The notes below the pieces were generated by a model that worked only from the letters and a program-made list of their open reading frames with translations, did not search any database and was not told the DNA's origin. DNA of 64,000 nucleotides from Macrostomum lignano (Eukaryota): positions 62,001-126,000 of the forward strand of contig NIVC01000495.1 of NCBI GenBank assembly GCA_002269645.1, read 5' to 3'. Within the stretch, counting starts at the first letter, position 1. Every line of letters starts with the position of its first letter. A program made the position numbers and the translations under genes. Below, in pieces: positions 1 through 11,884 of this stretch.

Positions 1-173
1 GATGGAAAGTTAATTTAGCAGCAGGAGGGCCGGCAGAGCAGCTTCTGCTCGACTTTCTCAGGCAAAAATGCTACTACGATTGGCTGTCCAGCAGCGTTCA
101 AGACTCTCAGTGGAGTTTTTAAGCGATTTGCTCGGAAAAGTTTGAAATCGAGGGGATGATGAAGCGAGGCTCA

Positions 174-302
174 TTCCTGACTTTCCTGACATTCCTAACT
201 TTCCTGACATTCCTCACTTTCCTGATATTCCTGACATTCCTGACTTTCCTGACATTCCTGACTTTCTGACTTTCCTGACATTCCTAACTTTCCCTGACTT
301 TC
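174..302. repeat. Degenerate 9-bp tandem repeat TTCCTGAC(A/T)
   Basis: Visible periodicity; lies in ORP intron 2. Confidence 0.9.
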
Positions 303-592
303 TCATCACCAGGCATGTACACTATTGTGCTGTTGACCCTCACGAGCGTGAACCCCACGACAAGCCCAAGCGGAATCGTCTTTCAAGAGTTACAGACACG
401 TTTCCAACCAGCCCTTTCAGGACTTGAAAAATGAACCATTTCAAAGAATTTCATTTTAATACTTTGAATTTAGGAACAATATAGTAGGCCTGTTGGTTCT
501 AGGGTAAATACTGTTTATCTCGCGCTCGTAATTAACGAGGGTACGCGCGTAAATAAAAAATTCCGCTAGGCGCCAGGTCTGCTCAACTTTAC

Positions 593-1327
593 CTTGCCAA
601 TGCAGTTTTTCAGGATGCTCCACACGTTGAACTCAGCTCTGGAGGGCATCTCAGCGGGCAGCTGGCAGCTGTGTCATGGAAAACGGGGGCAAGGATGTTG
701 GCCAGTCAGTTTTGATGTCCTTGAGGCATCGCCAAGGACTATTAATGATAAAGCAGAGTTTCAAATCGTCCAGCTGTGCATAGCTAGGCAATGGGGGGCT
801 CATCAAAAGTGCACGGTGCAGGCGCAGGTGGGCAGCCAGGCCTCAGGAGCCCCAAGCTAATGATCGGAGCGGCACGAAGCGCAGACTGCAAGCAGAAAAG
901 GCACGCTTAGGAAATAATGAGGACTCAGGCAGATGGCTGGGCGGGCCTTCGATCGGGCCGGCTGAAACGAAGAGGAAAAATTTCCTAACCGAGGAACAGA
1001 GAGCCGGGAGACTGCTCAAGCTTGATACGATTCAGTTGACAGTCTGTGTAACTTCAATTAGTTTTTTAAGGCCTCGTCAGACTATTGCAGAGTTGTGAAA
1101 ACCGGCTAAGAGAGACCCGAGAGCACATTTCGAGGAGAGTTTTGCTACTACGAGCTAAGGAGGGCTGCGCGCACCCTGGCGCAACGCCTTCGGCGACATC
1201 GTCCAAAACCAGCGGTGAGGCGATTCTGCCCATTGCGCTGACTGCAGAAAGCTGCGGCTCACCGGTATCCATTGACAGCGGAGGAGGCGGTCGCTTCGGT
1301 CTGCTCACCGTTCTCCTCGTCCGCCAT
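593..1327 (-). CDS. Oxysterol-binding protein family (ORP) gene, first two coding exons; gene continues beyond the left window edge
   Basis: Exon 1327-1263 (ATG...MADEENGEQTEATASSAVNGY, donor GTGAGC) joins exon 668-593 (acceptor ACACAG, donor GTAAAG) in phase 2. Product: ...YRCQLPAEMPSRAEFNVWSILKNCIGK, matching the 'WSILKxCIG' start of the OSBP-related domain. The next expected exon (ELSKI...) is not in the window. Confidence 0.85.
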
Positions 1328-1505
1328 GCGAGCGGCAAGCAGTGAAAGCAGATTAGGAATTGGCGCGCAAGACAACGGGTGGCCGTGGCCTCTCACAGTT
1401 AGCAGAGAGAACGCGAGGCCAGCTGTGAGTTCATTGCCAGCAAACTTAGGCGGCGCAGCTGCAGAGTTGAACAAGCAGCTGCGGTGCGGAGGCAGACTCG
1501 CTCCG

Positions 1506-1513
1506 TATTTATA
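1506..1513 (-). promoter_or_regulatory. Candidate TATA box (TATAAATA) for the ORP gene
   Basis: TATAAATA on the minus strand about 180 nt upstream of the ATG at 1327; motif only. Confidence 0.3.
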
Positions 1514-1640
1514 CAATGGGAGGACGGGATGCAAGGCGAGACTTGGCAGCAGGGCCGCTGAGGGCAAGTGTAGGAGAAAGAATTTGATTTGCTCAGCGCG
1601 TGCGGGGAGGCTGGAACTGAGGGACAGAATAGGCTGCATC

Positions 1641-1643
<3 letters not shown>

Positions 1644-1673
<30 letters not shown>
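1644..1673. repeat. (CAG)10 microsatellite
   Basis: Direct reading. Confidence 0.95.
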
Positions 1674-1674
<1 letters not shown>

Positions 1675-1864
1675 GCACGCGTCATCAAATTTGAGAACAA
1701 GCGGACGCGATTAAGCAACTGTCCCAGCCCCCTGGCCTAACCGGTCCCAGGACCGGTCTGCAGGTACAGCCGCTTCGATTGCTGCTTTTTCTGCTCTGAG
1801 AATTCTTTGCTACCCACACATGAATAAATGGGGCAAGGATTGATGACTGAAAGAGTGACCTGCG

Positions 1865-2370
1865 AGCTCTGAGGGTGAGGGAGTGACATTGAAGATCTGA
1901 GAGGGTGACGGAGTGACATGGGAGATCTGAGAGGGTGACGGAGTGACATGGGAGATCTGGGATGGTGACGGAGTGACATGGAAGATCTAGGATGGTGACG
2001 GAGTGACATGGAAGATCTAGGATGGTGACGGAGTGACATGGAAGATCTGGGATGGTGACGGAGTGACATTGAAGATCTAGGATGGTGGCGGAGTGACATT
2101 GAAGATCTGAGATGGTGACGGAGTGACATTGAAGATCTGAGATGGTGAAGGAGTGACATGGGAGATCTGAGAGGGTAACGGAGTGACATGGGAGATCTGA
2201 GCGGGTGACAGAGTGACATGGAAGATCTGGGATGGTGACGGAGTGACATGGGAGATCTGGGATGGTGACGGAGTGACATGGAAGATCTGGGATGGTGACG
2301 GAGTGACATGGGAGATCTGGGATGGTGACGGAGTGACATGGAAGATCTGGGATGGTGCCGGAGTGACCCA
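1865..2370. repeat. 30-bp minisatellite GATGGTGACGGAGTGACATGGAAGATCTGG, about 17 copies
   Basis: Direct reading; explains the periodic ORFs 1737-2339 and 2077-2490. Confidence 0.95.
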
Positions 2371-2810
2371 GTAGATCGAAGAGTGACAGAGTGTCCAGAA
2401 GGGGTCCGAGAGCAATCGTAAAAAGGTGTCAGTGACTTTAAAAGGCCAGCCAGGACGAATGACGCTGTAAGCAGGTGTAAATAGAAACAAAGAATTGTAT
2501 GCTACTTGAAGTAGCTATAGTAACTTCGGAATTTTAACTGTGAATCGACAGACCGGCTTTTAAAAAACTTTCTTTTCGATTCGCTGCAGTACAATAATAA
2601 TTAAATGGATCGAGACAAAAACTAGCTAAGCCAATATAGTTACTTCAAAGCTTTATAGCTTAGACGAATAACATCCTTAAACTGAATATTTAAATTTAAT
2701 TTAGCAGTAGGCTACATACAAACGTAAATGCGCGAGTTAAACAAAAATACTGTAAGCTTTACAGGCTGACTATAAATGACTCGCATTAGTGCGCGCGCAC
2801 TGCGGGCTAC

Positions 2811-4842
2811 TCAGTCAGCAGACGCGAGATTCTCCGCCAGCTCCGTCATCAGTTTCCGAATGCCATCGGCCGCGGCGGCGGCATCGGTGCCGCAGGCGGC
2901 CGCTTGCTCAGCCAGGCGCGGCCAGAGCTGCCGCAGCTCCGGCAAGTTCGGGTCGCAGCTCGCTGACGCCGAGACTGCGTCAGCGTCGCCGTCGGTGACT
3001 TCCACAACAAGAAGGTAGCCGCGGCACAGCACCTGGAAGCTGACCGTCTCGCGTTCCGTCTTTGACTGCGGCTGACTGGGCCGACTGTGGCGCGGATTCG
3101 CGATGCGGCAGTCGGCGGAGTCCCAGGCGACTGCGGGTGGCGGATGGAGGCTGGTGCACTGGGGAGAGAGCGGATGAAGGCTGGTGCACTGGGGGAGAGC
3201 GGATGGAGGCTGGTGCACTGGGGAGAGAGCGGATGGAGGCTGGTGCACTGGGGAGAGAGCGGATGGAGGCTGGTGCACTGAGGAGAGAGCGGATGGAGGC
3301 TGGTGCACCGGGGAGAGAGCGGATGGAGGTTGGTGCACTGGGGAGAGAGCGGATGGAGGCTGGTGCACCGGGGAGAGAGCGGATGGAGGTTGGTGCACTG
3401 GGGAGAGAGCGGATGGAGGCTGGTGCACTGGGAGAGAGCGGAGAGGCTGGTGCACTGAGGAGAGAGCGGATGGAGGTTGGTGCACTGGGAGAGAGCGGAG
3501 AGGCTGGTGCACTGAGGAGAGAGCGGAGAGGCTGGTGCACTGAGGAGAGAGCGGATGGAGGCTGGTGCACTGAGGAGAGAGCGGATGGAGGCTGGTTCAC
3601 TGGGGAGAGAGCGGATGGAGGCTGGGCCAATGCACTAGGAGAGGGCGGATGAAGGTGAAAACTCAAGATTTGATTATCAAAAAATTGATTATGGTGCTGA
3701 AATCAAGAAACGCTACTTACAATGTCCAGAAATTTCGGTGAGCACTTTAAAGAATGCGCCGAGTGAAGTTCCTTTGGCAATGGCAGACTGTTGCAGCTCT
3801 GGAAGAGATATTCAACCAGCTTTTGCTTTTAGACAGGAAGTTTCAGAAGCAACCATTTCATATACTAAAAATGGTTCTGACAATTTTTGTTCCATCGACC
3901 TGCCTTCCCGCTGCCTCAGGCAGTTCCTGAACCTGCCTTCCCGCTGTCTCAGTCAGTTCCTGAACCTGCCTTCCCGCTGTCTCAGTCAGTTCCTGAACCT
4001 GCCTTCCCGCTGCCTCAGTCAGTTCCTGAACCTGCCTTCCCGCTGCCTCAGGCAGTTCCTGAACCTGCCTTCCCGCTGTCTCAGGCAGTTCCTGAACCTG
4101 CCTTCCCGCTGCCTCAGTCAGTTCCTGAACCTGCCTTCCCGCTGTCTCAGGCAGTTCCTGAACCTGCCTTCCCGCTGTCTCAGGCAGTTCCTGAACCTGC
4201 CTTCCCGCTGCCTCAGTCAGTTCCTGAACCTGCCTTCCCGCTGTCTCAGGCAGTTCCTGAACCTGCCTTCCCGCTGTCTCAGACAGTTCCTGAACCTGCC
4301 TTCCCGCTGTCTCAGGCAGTTCCTGAACCTGCCTTCCCGCTGTCTCAGGCAGTTCCTGAACCTGCCTTCCCGCTGCCTCAGTCAGTTCCTGAACCTGCCT
4401 TCCCGCTGTCTCAGTCAGTTCCTGAACCTGCCTTCCCGCTGTCTCAGACAGTTCCTGAACCTGCCTTCCCGCTGTCTCAGGCAGTTCCTGAACCTGCCTT
4501 CCCGCTGCCTCAGGCAGTTCCTGAACCTGCCTTCCCGCTGCCTCAGTCAGTTCCTGAACCTGCCTTCCCGCTGCCTCAGGCAGTTCCTGAAGCTGCATCT
4601 CCACGCCCTCTCTTAAACGATGGATTGGAATATTAGTATAACAGCGCGAGTCCCCACGCACCCGACTGAGCATCCTGCAGCAATTTCTCATCGTCAGAAT
4701 TCATCAAACTGGTTGCCTTGTCAACAGAGCTGCAATTCTCAGCGGCTGCACGAAGCGACAGAAGCCGCAGGGTGCTGAGAACCAGATCCAGGTCCATTCC
4801 GACAGCTCCAACTGTTTCGATGCTTTTCGCAGTCAGAAGCAT
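2811..4842 (-). CDS. Three-exon gene of about 195 aa, uncertain product; weak resemblance to RWD-domain kinetochore proteins (CENP-P/Spc25-like)
   Basis: Exons 4842(or ATG 4797)-4662 (donor GTGCGT), 3798-3721 (acceptor TTCCAG, donor GTAAGT) and 3130-2811 (acceptor CCGCAG, TGA). Phases 1/1 are consistent and there are no stops. Product: MDLDLVLSTLRLLSLRAAAEN...ELQQSAIAKGTSLGAFFKVLTEISGHFAWDS...VSFQVLCRGYLLVVEV...SCDPNLPELRQLW...LASAD. The gene model is solid; the product call is speculative. Confidence 0.6.
3141..3640. repeat. 30-bp minisatellite GGATGGAGGCTGGTGCACTGGGGAGAGAGC, about 17 copies, intronic
   Basis: Direct reading; abuts the acceptor at 3131. Confidence 0.95.
3897..4590. repeat. 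33-bp minisatellite CCTGCCTTCCCGCTGTCTCAGGCAGTTCCTGAA, about 21 copies, intronic
   Basis: Direct reading; explains the ORFs 3738-4616, 3858-4691 and 3887-4636. Confidence 0.95.
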
Positions 4843-4921
4843 GAAATATTGATTTTAGACATTTTTAATATAACACTTACTACTCGTATAAGTAGTCTGC
4901 GTAAGCTGTTAACAAGTTTCA

Positions 4922-5086
4922 GCAAATTGTGTCACTCCTACATGGCTCCCAGAGGAACAGAAATGAGTCAGCAAGTGCAAATTGTGTCACTCCTACATGG
5001 CTCCCAGAGGAACAGAAATGAGTCAGCAAGTGCAAATTGTGTCACTCCTACATGGCTCCCAGAGGAACAGAAATGAGTCAGCAAGT
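4922..5086. repeat. 55-bp tandem triplication
   Basis: AAATTGTGTCACTCC... recurs at 4924, 4979 and 5034. Confidence 0.9.
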
Positions 5087-5617
5087 AAAGCACACCTGGG
5101 CTGCTAAATGAAGCACTGGCGGTCAAGCACAAAAACTGTAGAATTTACAGGTAGAAAACAGCATCGGAAACGCAAGCTTATATTTTATTAAACAGACAAT
5201 ATGATGACAGCTAAATGCCTGGCAACACAGATCAAAGTAGGAGACGCTGTGAACTGACATTATAACAGCACGGTGGAATCACGGTGCACTGAAACAGCAC
5301 AGCTTAACCCCCCCCCTCACGTCAACACTCAAGCAGCAACACAGATCGCACCTTGATAAATAAAATGCCATAAATAAAACGAATAAAACTAGGGACTTGT
5401 TTGGCAAACATAATAAAACAAATTTAACAGCATGAAAATAAGTAAAAAGGCTTGTACTAGCTTTTACTAGGTTTATAAACAGGATTATAAATGCGAGATA
5501 TCCCTTCAACTTGAATCACCTATATTTTTATTCTGTCATTGTTAGCAACCACTATATAATTCGGACAGCACATTAACTATTTATCCAGTTGGTCTTGCCA
5601 ACCTACCAGATACTCAC

Positions 5618-6345
5618 TGGGCCTGGCCCTATACAGTGATAGCCTGACATCCCTTGGCCCTATTACAGTTATAGCCTGACATCCCCTGGCCCTATACAGT
5701 GATAGCCTGACATCCCCTGGCCCTATACAGTGATAGCCTGACATCCCCTGGCCCTATACAGTGATAGCCTGACATCCCCTGGCCCTATACAGTGATAGCC
5801 TGACATCCCCTGGCCCTATACAGTGATAGCCTGACATCCCCTGGCCCTATACAGTGATAGCCTGACATCCCCTGGCCCTATACAGTGATAGCCTGACATC
5901 CCCTGGCCCTATACAGTGATAGCCTGACATCCCCTGGCCCTATACAGTGATAGCCTGGCATCCCCTGGCCCTATACAGTGATAGCCTGACATCCCCTGGC
6001 CCTATACAGTGATAGCCTGACATCCCCTGGCCCTATACAGTGATAGCCTGACATCCCCTGGCCCTATACAGTGATAGCCTGACATCCCCTGGCCCTATAC
6101 AGTGATAGCCTGACATCCCCTGGCCCTATACAGTGATAGCCTGACATCCCCTGGCCCTATACAGTGATAGCCTGACATCCCCTGGCCCTATACAGTGATA
6201 GCCTGACATCCCCTGGCCCTATACAGTGATAGCCTGACATCCCCTGGCCCTATACAGTGATAGCCTGACATCCCCTGGCCCTATACAGTGATAGCCTGAC
6301 ATCCCCTGGCCCTATACAGTGATAGCCTGACATCCCCTGGTCCTA
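5618..6345. repeat. 31-bp minisatellite CCCCTGGCCCTATACAGTGATAGCCTGACAT, about 23 near-identical copies
   Basis: Direct reading. Confidence 0.95.
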
Positions 6346-6484
6346 TAAAGTGTGGCTTTCTGATACCCCATGGCCCTCAAAAACAATAAAAGCCTCAGGT
6401 CTGTTGTTATTTTACAAAATCGAATAAAGCTGCCGATTGCAATGCAACCTCGGTTGCAGCTGGTCTGAGCCAATCAACGCCGAC

Positions 6485-7540
6485 TTATCGGCACCGGTCG
6501 CACAGGAAGTCGGTGGCCGCTAACTGATTCTCATCGTAGCCGGACAGCGAAGTGCAGGCGGCGTGGTACCAGGCCAAGCAGCAGTCGCAGCCAACCCACA
6601 GCAGGTTGGGGCCCAGCGGCAGGCTGCACTCGCCACCCAGAGCGCACGGGCCCTCGTCCGGCTGGGCGTCCGCAGCTGCGGCGGCAGCAGCGATGGCGGC
6701 CGCTGCATCGTCGCCGGCGGTCTCGGCTGCCGCTGTCACCAGGGCCACGGTTGTCGGCTGCGGCTGCTTCTGTTGGCGAGGCAGGCGCGACTTCCGACCG
6801 CCGCCACCGCGTCGATGTCGGCTTTTGCCGCTGCCCGGCGTTGCACCACCAGGTGTCCTCGGCGTCTTCGGCGTCTTCGGTGCGGCTGGCGGCGTCGCCG
6901 GAGGCAGTGCCAGCGAGTTCACCGGCAGCGGCGTGAGCGGCGCCAGAATGGCAGATTCGGGCGCTGGTGCCTCATCGCTAACCAGACGAGGCCGCTTAGC
7001 AGTCGGGTTCGCGTCGGCGCCAGCCTCCTGGTCGGGTGTCCCAGACAGCCTGCGCTTGGTGGTCCCGCCAACCGACTCCGCACTCGGCTCGGCTTCCGCT
7101 TTGGGCGTCGCCGCACGCTCAAAAATGAACTTCAACTCGGAGCGAAACGTGGGAACGGACTCCCCGTGCGGGATATTCACCCCGTTGCGATGCCCGAACA
7201 CCAGCACGTCTCCGGGCGTCAGTTTCACCAGCTTCATCTTTTCCACGCGAACAAAATTAACGTAGGTACCGTTGACGCTCAGGTCTTCGATTTCTATGCC
7301 ACCGTCGGCGCAGGGGTGGAGGCGGGCGTGCTGCCGGCTCGGCATCATGGACTGGGCGGTGGACTCCAGCACATAGTCTGGCCGCACGCTCTGGCTGCCG
7401 CGGCCCAGGAGGGTCGGCCGGTCAGCATAGATTGGCATCAGCTTAGGCGTGCGGCCATAGAAGGCCAGGTCGCTGACCCGGCGGAGCTGCCAGCGACAGG
7501 CTGGACTGCTGGGCTCGGCTGCCTGCGGGTGTGGAGACAT
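6485..7540 (-). CDS. TCF19: TCF19-like protein (N-terminal FHA domain, C-terminal PHD finger), single coding exon
   Basis: FHA motifs LLGRG, SRQHA, DLSVNGTYVN and LTPGDVLVFG. The PHD is CALGGECSLP...WVGCDCCLAWYHAAC...FLCDRCR. FHA + Pro/Ala linker + terminal PHD is the TCF19 architecture. First ATG is at 7540; the track's TTG at 7576 follows a TCTAG acceptor. Confidence 0.85.
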   Translation of the reverse strand: MSPHPQAAEPSSPACRWQLRRVSDLAFYGRTPKLMPIYADRPTLLGRGSQSVRPDYVLESTAQSMMPSRQHARLHPCADGGIEIEDLSVNGTYVNFVRVEKMKLVKLTPGDVLVFGHRNGVNIPHGESVPTFRSELKFIFERAATPKAEAEPSAESVGGTTKRRLSGTPDQEAGADANPTAKRPRLVSDEAPAPESAILAPLTPLPVNSLALPPATPPAAPKTPKTPRTPGGATPGSGKSRHRRGGGGRKSRLPRQQKQPQPTTVALVTAAAETAGDDAAAAIAAAAAAADAQPDEGPCALGGECSLPLGPNLLWVGCDCCLAWYHAACTSLSGYDENQLAATDFLCDRCR

Positions 7541-7615
7541 GCAGCAGCCATCTTCCTTGGATCTGGTTCTAGACAAATAAGGACTTATTTATTTAACATT
7601 TATTAGGAATTGAAA

Positions 7616-7825
7616 CACACTAATCACTACTGTTAACTACACTACACTAATCACTACACTAATCACTAAACACTTATCACTACATTAATCACTAAACACT
7701 AATCACTACACTAATCACTAAACACTAATCACTACACTAATCACTAAACACTAATCACTACACTAATCACTAAACACTAATCACTACACTAATCACTAAA
7801 CACTAATCACTATACTAATCACTAC
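7616..7825. repeat. CACTAATCACTA(AA) 12/14-bp alternating repeat (26-bp higher-order unit)
   Basis: Direct reading. Confidence 0.9.
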
Positions 7826-10800
7826 TTTTTAAAGAAAAATCTAAAAAAATATTTTTGTTGTTTTTGATTCTTATTAAGTTTATATTAAAATATAAATATA
7901 TAGTTATAATAATCATTGATAGTAATAGTTGTACATTAAACAGCTAAAGCCCACCATGAATATCCAAACTTGGTAATAGAGAGGTAAGTGTCCATCTAAG
8001 AGTGTTCTGACCCTATGCGCTTGCCTCTTATTTAGGGCCATCTAACTCTTCTATCCATATTTGCATTATTTTGGCTCACTAGACTTTAAAGATTTACCAT
8101 CTCTCTGGATCTATATTATTGCCTTAAGATATAGGAAAAACATGTTACGTGAAGACTAATAAATTGTAATAGGGTATTATTAAAGAAAAAATGTGAATAT
8201 TCATTTTTGCTTTTGTTTTCTTGGCTTTCCTCAAATAATTTACTTTATTGCAACTCTATTTTTTTGTAATCACTTATTTCTATTTTAGCATATAAACTAT
8301 AATAGGTTTATCTTTTGCTATTAATTTTTTATTAATTTTGCTATTCACTTTGCTTTGCTTTTGGATTTTACAGTTTATTAAGCCCTTTTAACTATTAATC
8401 CATAGTTTGGAAGGCAACATGTATTCCTGGCATACAACAAGGGTCTTAATATTTTTTAGCATACCTCAAGCTATACCTTGGCATACAAGACATAGTAGAT
8501 ACATTGTGTCAAATGATAAATTTTTTGTATTGACGCACAAACCTAACATATAAATGAGGTCACTCATTCATCACTCACATTGAACCTCAACCTCATATTG
8601 GACCTTATTGAGGTCACTCAATAAGGTCTCATCATTTTTTCTGGCAATAAACCTGGCATACACTATTGCACAATCCAAACTATAGCTATTAATGCATTAA
8701 ATTTTTATATTTATCAATTTTTGCTTGAAGTAGGTCTACTTTTAACTTTGAAGTTTGATTTGTTATTGCAGATAGCATGCAGCTATTGATCTAAAGATAA
8801 ATATAATTTTTTTAACCAAAAACTAAGTGAAAGAACAATATTTAACCCAAATTTCTATTTATCAAAATGTCTATAGGCCTATTTAAATATTGAAATATCT
8901 CATTAGTCCCCATAGAGAATGCCAATGGCAATCCCTATGGTATGGCTAAAAATACAGATTATAGGGCCTAACCAAAGGAGCACATAGGCCTAGTTCTAAT
9001 TTTCTAAGCCCATGTCTAGGGCCTATTGAAATTCATTAATTTTATATAACATAGACATATAGCCTAGTCTAGTTTGTTAGCAAGACTTTTACTTCCTCCT
9101 ATCCATTATTAAAGAATTTGAGTTTAAAGGAAGGAAGCCATATTATTGTGTTCATTTAATTCTTTTTAATTAGGCCTACCGCCTGCCTAGTAGGCTTACA
9201 CACACTACTAACAACTACAAGCCTGTACAGGGCCCTAAGCATAGCATATAGCATATATATTTCTTTTTTCAGACTTCCCTGTCCACTACATTGTATTATG
9301 CTATGTAATTGTAACTGTAGGCCTACAGTTGTATCTATCTAGTCTAGGTCCCTGCCGCCCCTAATTAAATCGAAAGTGCCTTTGAATGAATCATTATAAA
9401 ACTATTTATATTGCCTGTCGATTATTATTTTTTTAAAATTATAATATACATTATAATTGACAAATGAGATACCACAATTTTTAGGGCTCCCGCATACTAA
9501 CTACTGAATTCACCGGCACTTGGGTTCACCGGATTTTTAACTTTATTTTTAAGGCTTAAAAATATACATAATCGATAGCGCAAGTAAAACTAGAGATGCG
9601 CCTAGATTTTTGGCTCTGCGCGTTGCCCCTGGACATCAGGAGGGCGATTTTTGTTATTTTTTGGGGGGTGAAACCGGCGGTGAACCCAATAAATCCTTCC
9701 AGAGAGCTGAAAACCTGTCATGCAATATTTCAAAGCAAAATATAGGCAGATTTCGACGTGCGCATAAAATTTCAGCGTTGCGCGTTGCTCCTGAACTGCA
9801 GGAGAACGTTTTTTTGTTAAATTCCGGTGTTGAATGACTGCCGCTGAACTCCGCGGTGAACGAAATTAAGTGCGTTTCCCGAGTCGAAAAATAGTAAATT
9901 TTCCTATTAAAAAAGTTATCAAATTAAAGTTTTATCACTTTCATCAGCATTTTTGCACTCAATTTTGTGTTGACTGTTAAGCTATTTATTTTAATGCAAA
10001 GCGAAAACATTAAAAAATATTTCGAACTGCGAGTCTTTATTGCGCAACGTGGCAGCAGGCAGTTACAGCGCACTTGCGCATAAAAAATACATTATATTTA
10101 TACGCCGTGTGGTATTTTTGTGGCCATACTTAATAATGAAGCCTTTTATGCTGTTTTACTTCCTATATTTTTAGATTTATTTTTCAATTACGTCTTGAAA
10201 CATGCAGTCAAAGTGTTAATATCAGTATAGGCAATAAAATAAAATTGGCATTTCTTGGCTTGATGCTTTTTACAACTTGTTAAAACCTCTATTTTAATAT
10301 TTCTTCTCTTCTAATAAGTCAAATTATAAACATAATATCTATTTAAGATTCCATAGTGCTTTTCCATTAAGTATAAATTCAATTATATCAGGCAGGCACT
10401 TAGTATACTTTTATAAAATAATAACTATAACATGCAATAAAAATATTGACTATACTAGCCTATTTAATTACTTGTAATTTTATGTAATATTACTAGCCAA
10501 TAAATATTTTTATATTTGATTTCATTGTAATTATAAAAAATTTAAAAAATTCTGTATATTTATAACATTGTTGACTCATAAAATTATTTCTTGTTTTTTC
10601 TCCTAACCATAATTAATATTTAAAAAAATATACATCAAGAATTATTAATTTTTCTTGATTTGTAAATAAAAATATTACCCTGCAATTTTCAATATTTTTC
10701 ATGTATTTTATGTAAAATGCGCAATTTCATGTGTTTTTTGTGTTTCCATCAGTTTAGCTTGGGCTAACTAGAAACTGCAGACTGACAGAATGCATTTCTT

Positions 10801-11250
10801 TCTCCGGGATATTGCTTCTTTCTAAGTTAAAGAGACCAATATGCTCATTAGGAGTAGCTTTATGCCCAGAAGCACAGTACGCACAATAAATTGTGTTTTT
10901 TGTGTTTCCATCAGTTTAGCCTGTTATTGGGCTATCTAGAAACTGAAGACTGACAGAATGTATTCCTTTTTACGGATATTCCTCGTGTTGCTGATATGTT
11001 GACATCAATGTTGTCACAAGAAATTTTTTGTCGTGCCATTGTCAAAATTGGCAATGTTGTTGCAACAACATTGATACATCTTTACTACTTTACTATGAGT
11101 AGCGCAGCGAGAGTTGTGAATGATATAAAGTAAGGCATAAAATTGTTAAACCAGAATTATTTTAGCTCTGAACATACCTGCTATTCTAATTCAAAAGAAT
11201 GGAAACGTGTTTTAAAATTTTTAATTAGTAATATATTTGAGGTTTACAAT

Positions 11251-11860
11251 TCGAAGTTTTTCTCACGAATCAACCTCAACCAGTCGTATCTACAGCTGCC
11301 TCTGCACGATGACGCCAAGAATCTGACCTGCTTCTACACCGAATTCGGCCTCTACCGTTTCAGACGCATGCCGTTCGGCATCAGCTCGGATCCGGCGGCC
11401 TTCCAGAAGCTCGTCGGCAAGATCCTCCAAGGCATCAGAGGCGTCGTTCACTATCAAGACGACATCGCCGTTCACGCCGGTACTGAAGCTGAGCACGAAA
11501 GTCGCGTACTTCAGGTACTGGACAAGCTGCTGCAGCATCGAGTAACCGTCAACCTCAAGAAGTGCAACCTTCAAGGCGTCGGAGATCGAGTTCGTTGGAC
11601 ACCGCGTCAGCGCAGCGGGAATTCAACCTCTCCAGTCGCACACCGAGTCCGTATCGGGACTTAAGGCACCCACCAATACGGCAAAGTTAGCCTCATTCCT
11701 TGGCTTTGCAAAGTTCTTCCAGTTCTACATCAAGAACCTGTCTCACGTCGCCGAGCCGCTAACAGCGCTCCTGCGCAAGGACACGCCATGGAACTGGGAC
11801 GCAAAATGCGAGACGGCCTTCAGCGAAGCGAAGCGTCTCATCTCATCAGCACCGTGCCTC
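11251..11860 (+). pseudogene. Ty3/Gypsy reverse transcriptase fragment (cargo)
   Basis: FSRINLNQSYLQLPL...GLYRFRRMPFGISSDPAAFQ...HYQDD...NLKKC. After a +1 shift near 11569 it continues FKASEIEFVGHRVSAAGI...LASFLG...AEPLTALLRKDTPWNW. Confidence 0.9.
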
Positions 11861-11884
11861 ATCTCATCCTTCCCGCTTTCAGCT

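Noticed and set aside
5618-6345. 31-bp array (and the 30/33-bp arrays) as CRISPR repeats
   Set aside because: The units are head-to-tail with no unique spacers; the context is eukaryotic and no cas genes are present.
6520-7606. Long antisense and alternate-frame ORFs over TCF19 (also over HR96 and RPRD1)
   Set aside because: Shadow ORFs expected from high-GC coding sequence.
9610-9837. 75-aa ORF duplicated at 14893-15120
   Set aside because: It lies in the TIRs, starts at TTG, and shows no recognisable domain; it is only evidence for the inverted repeat.
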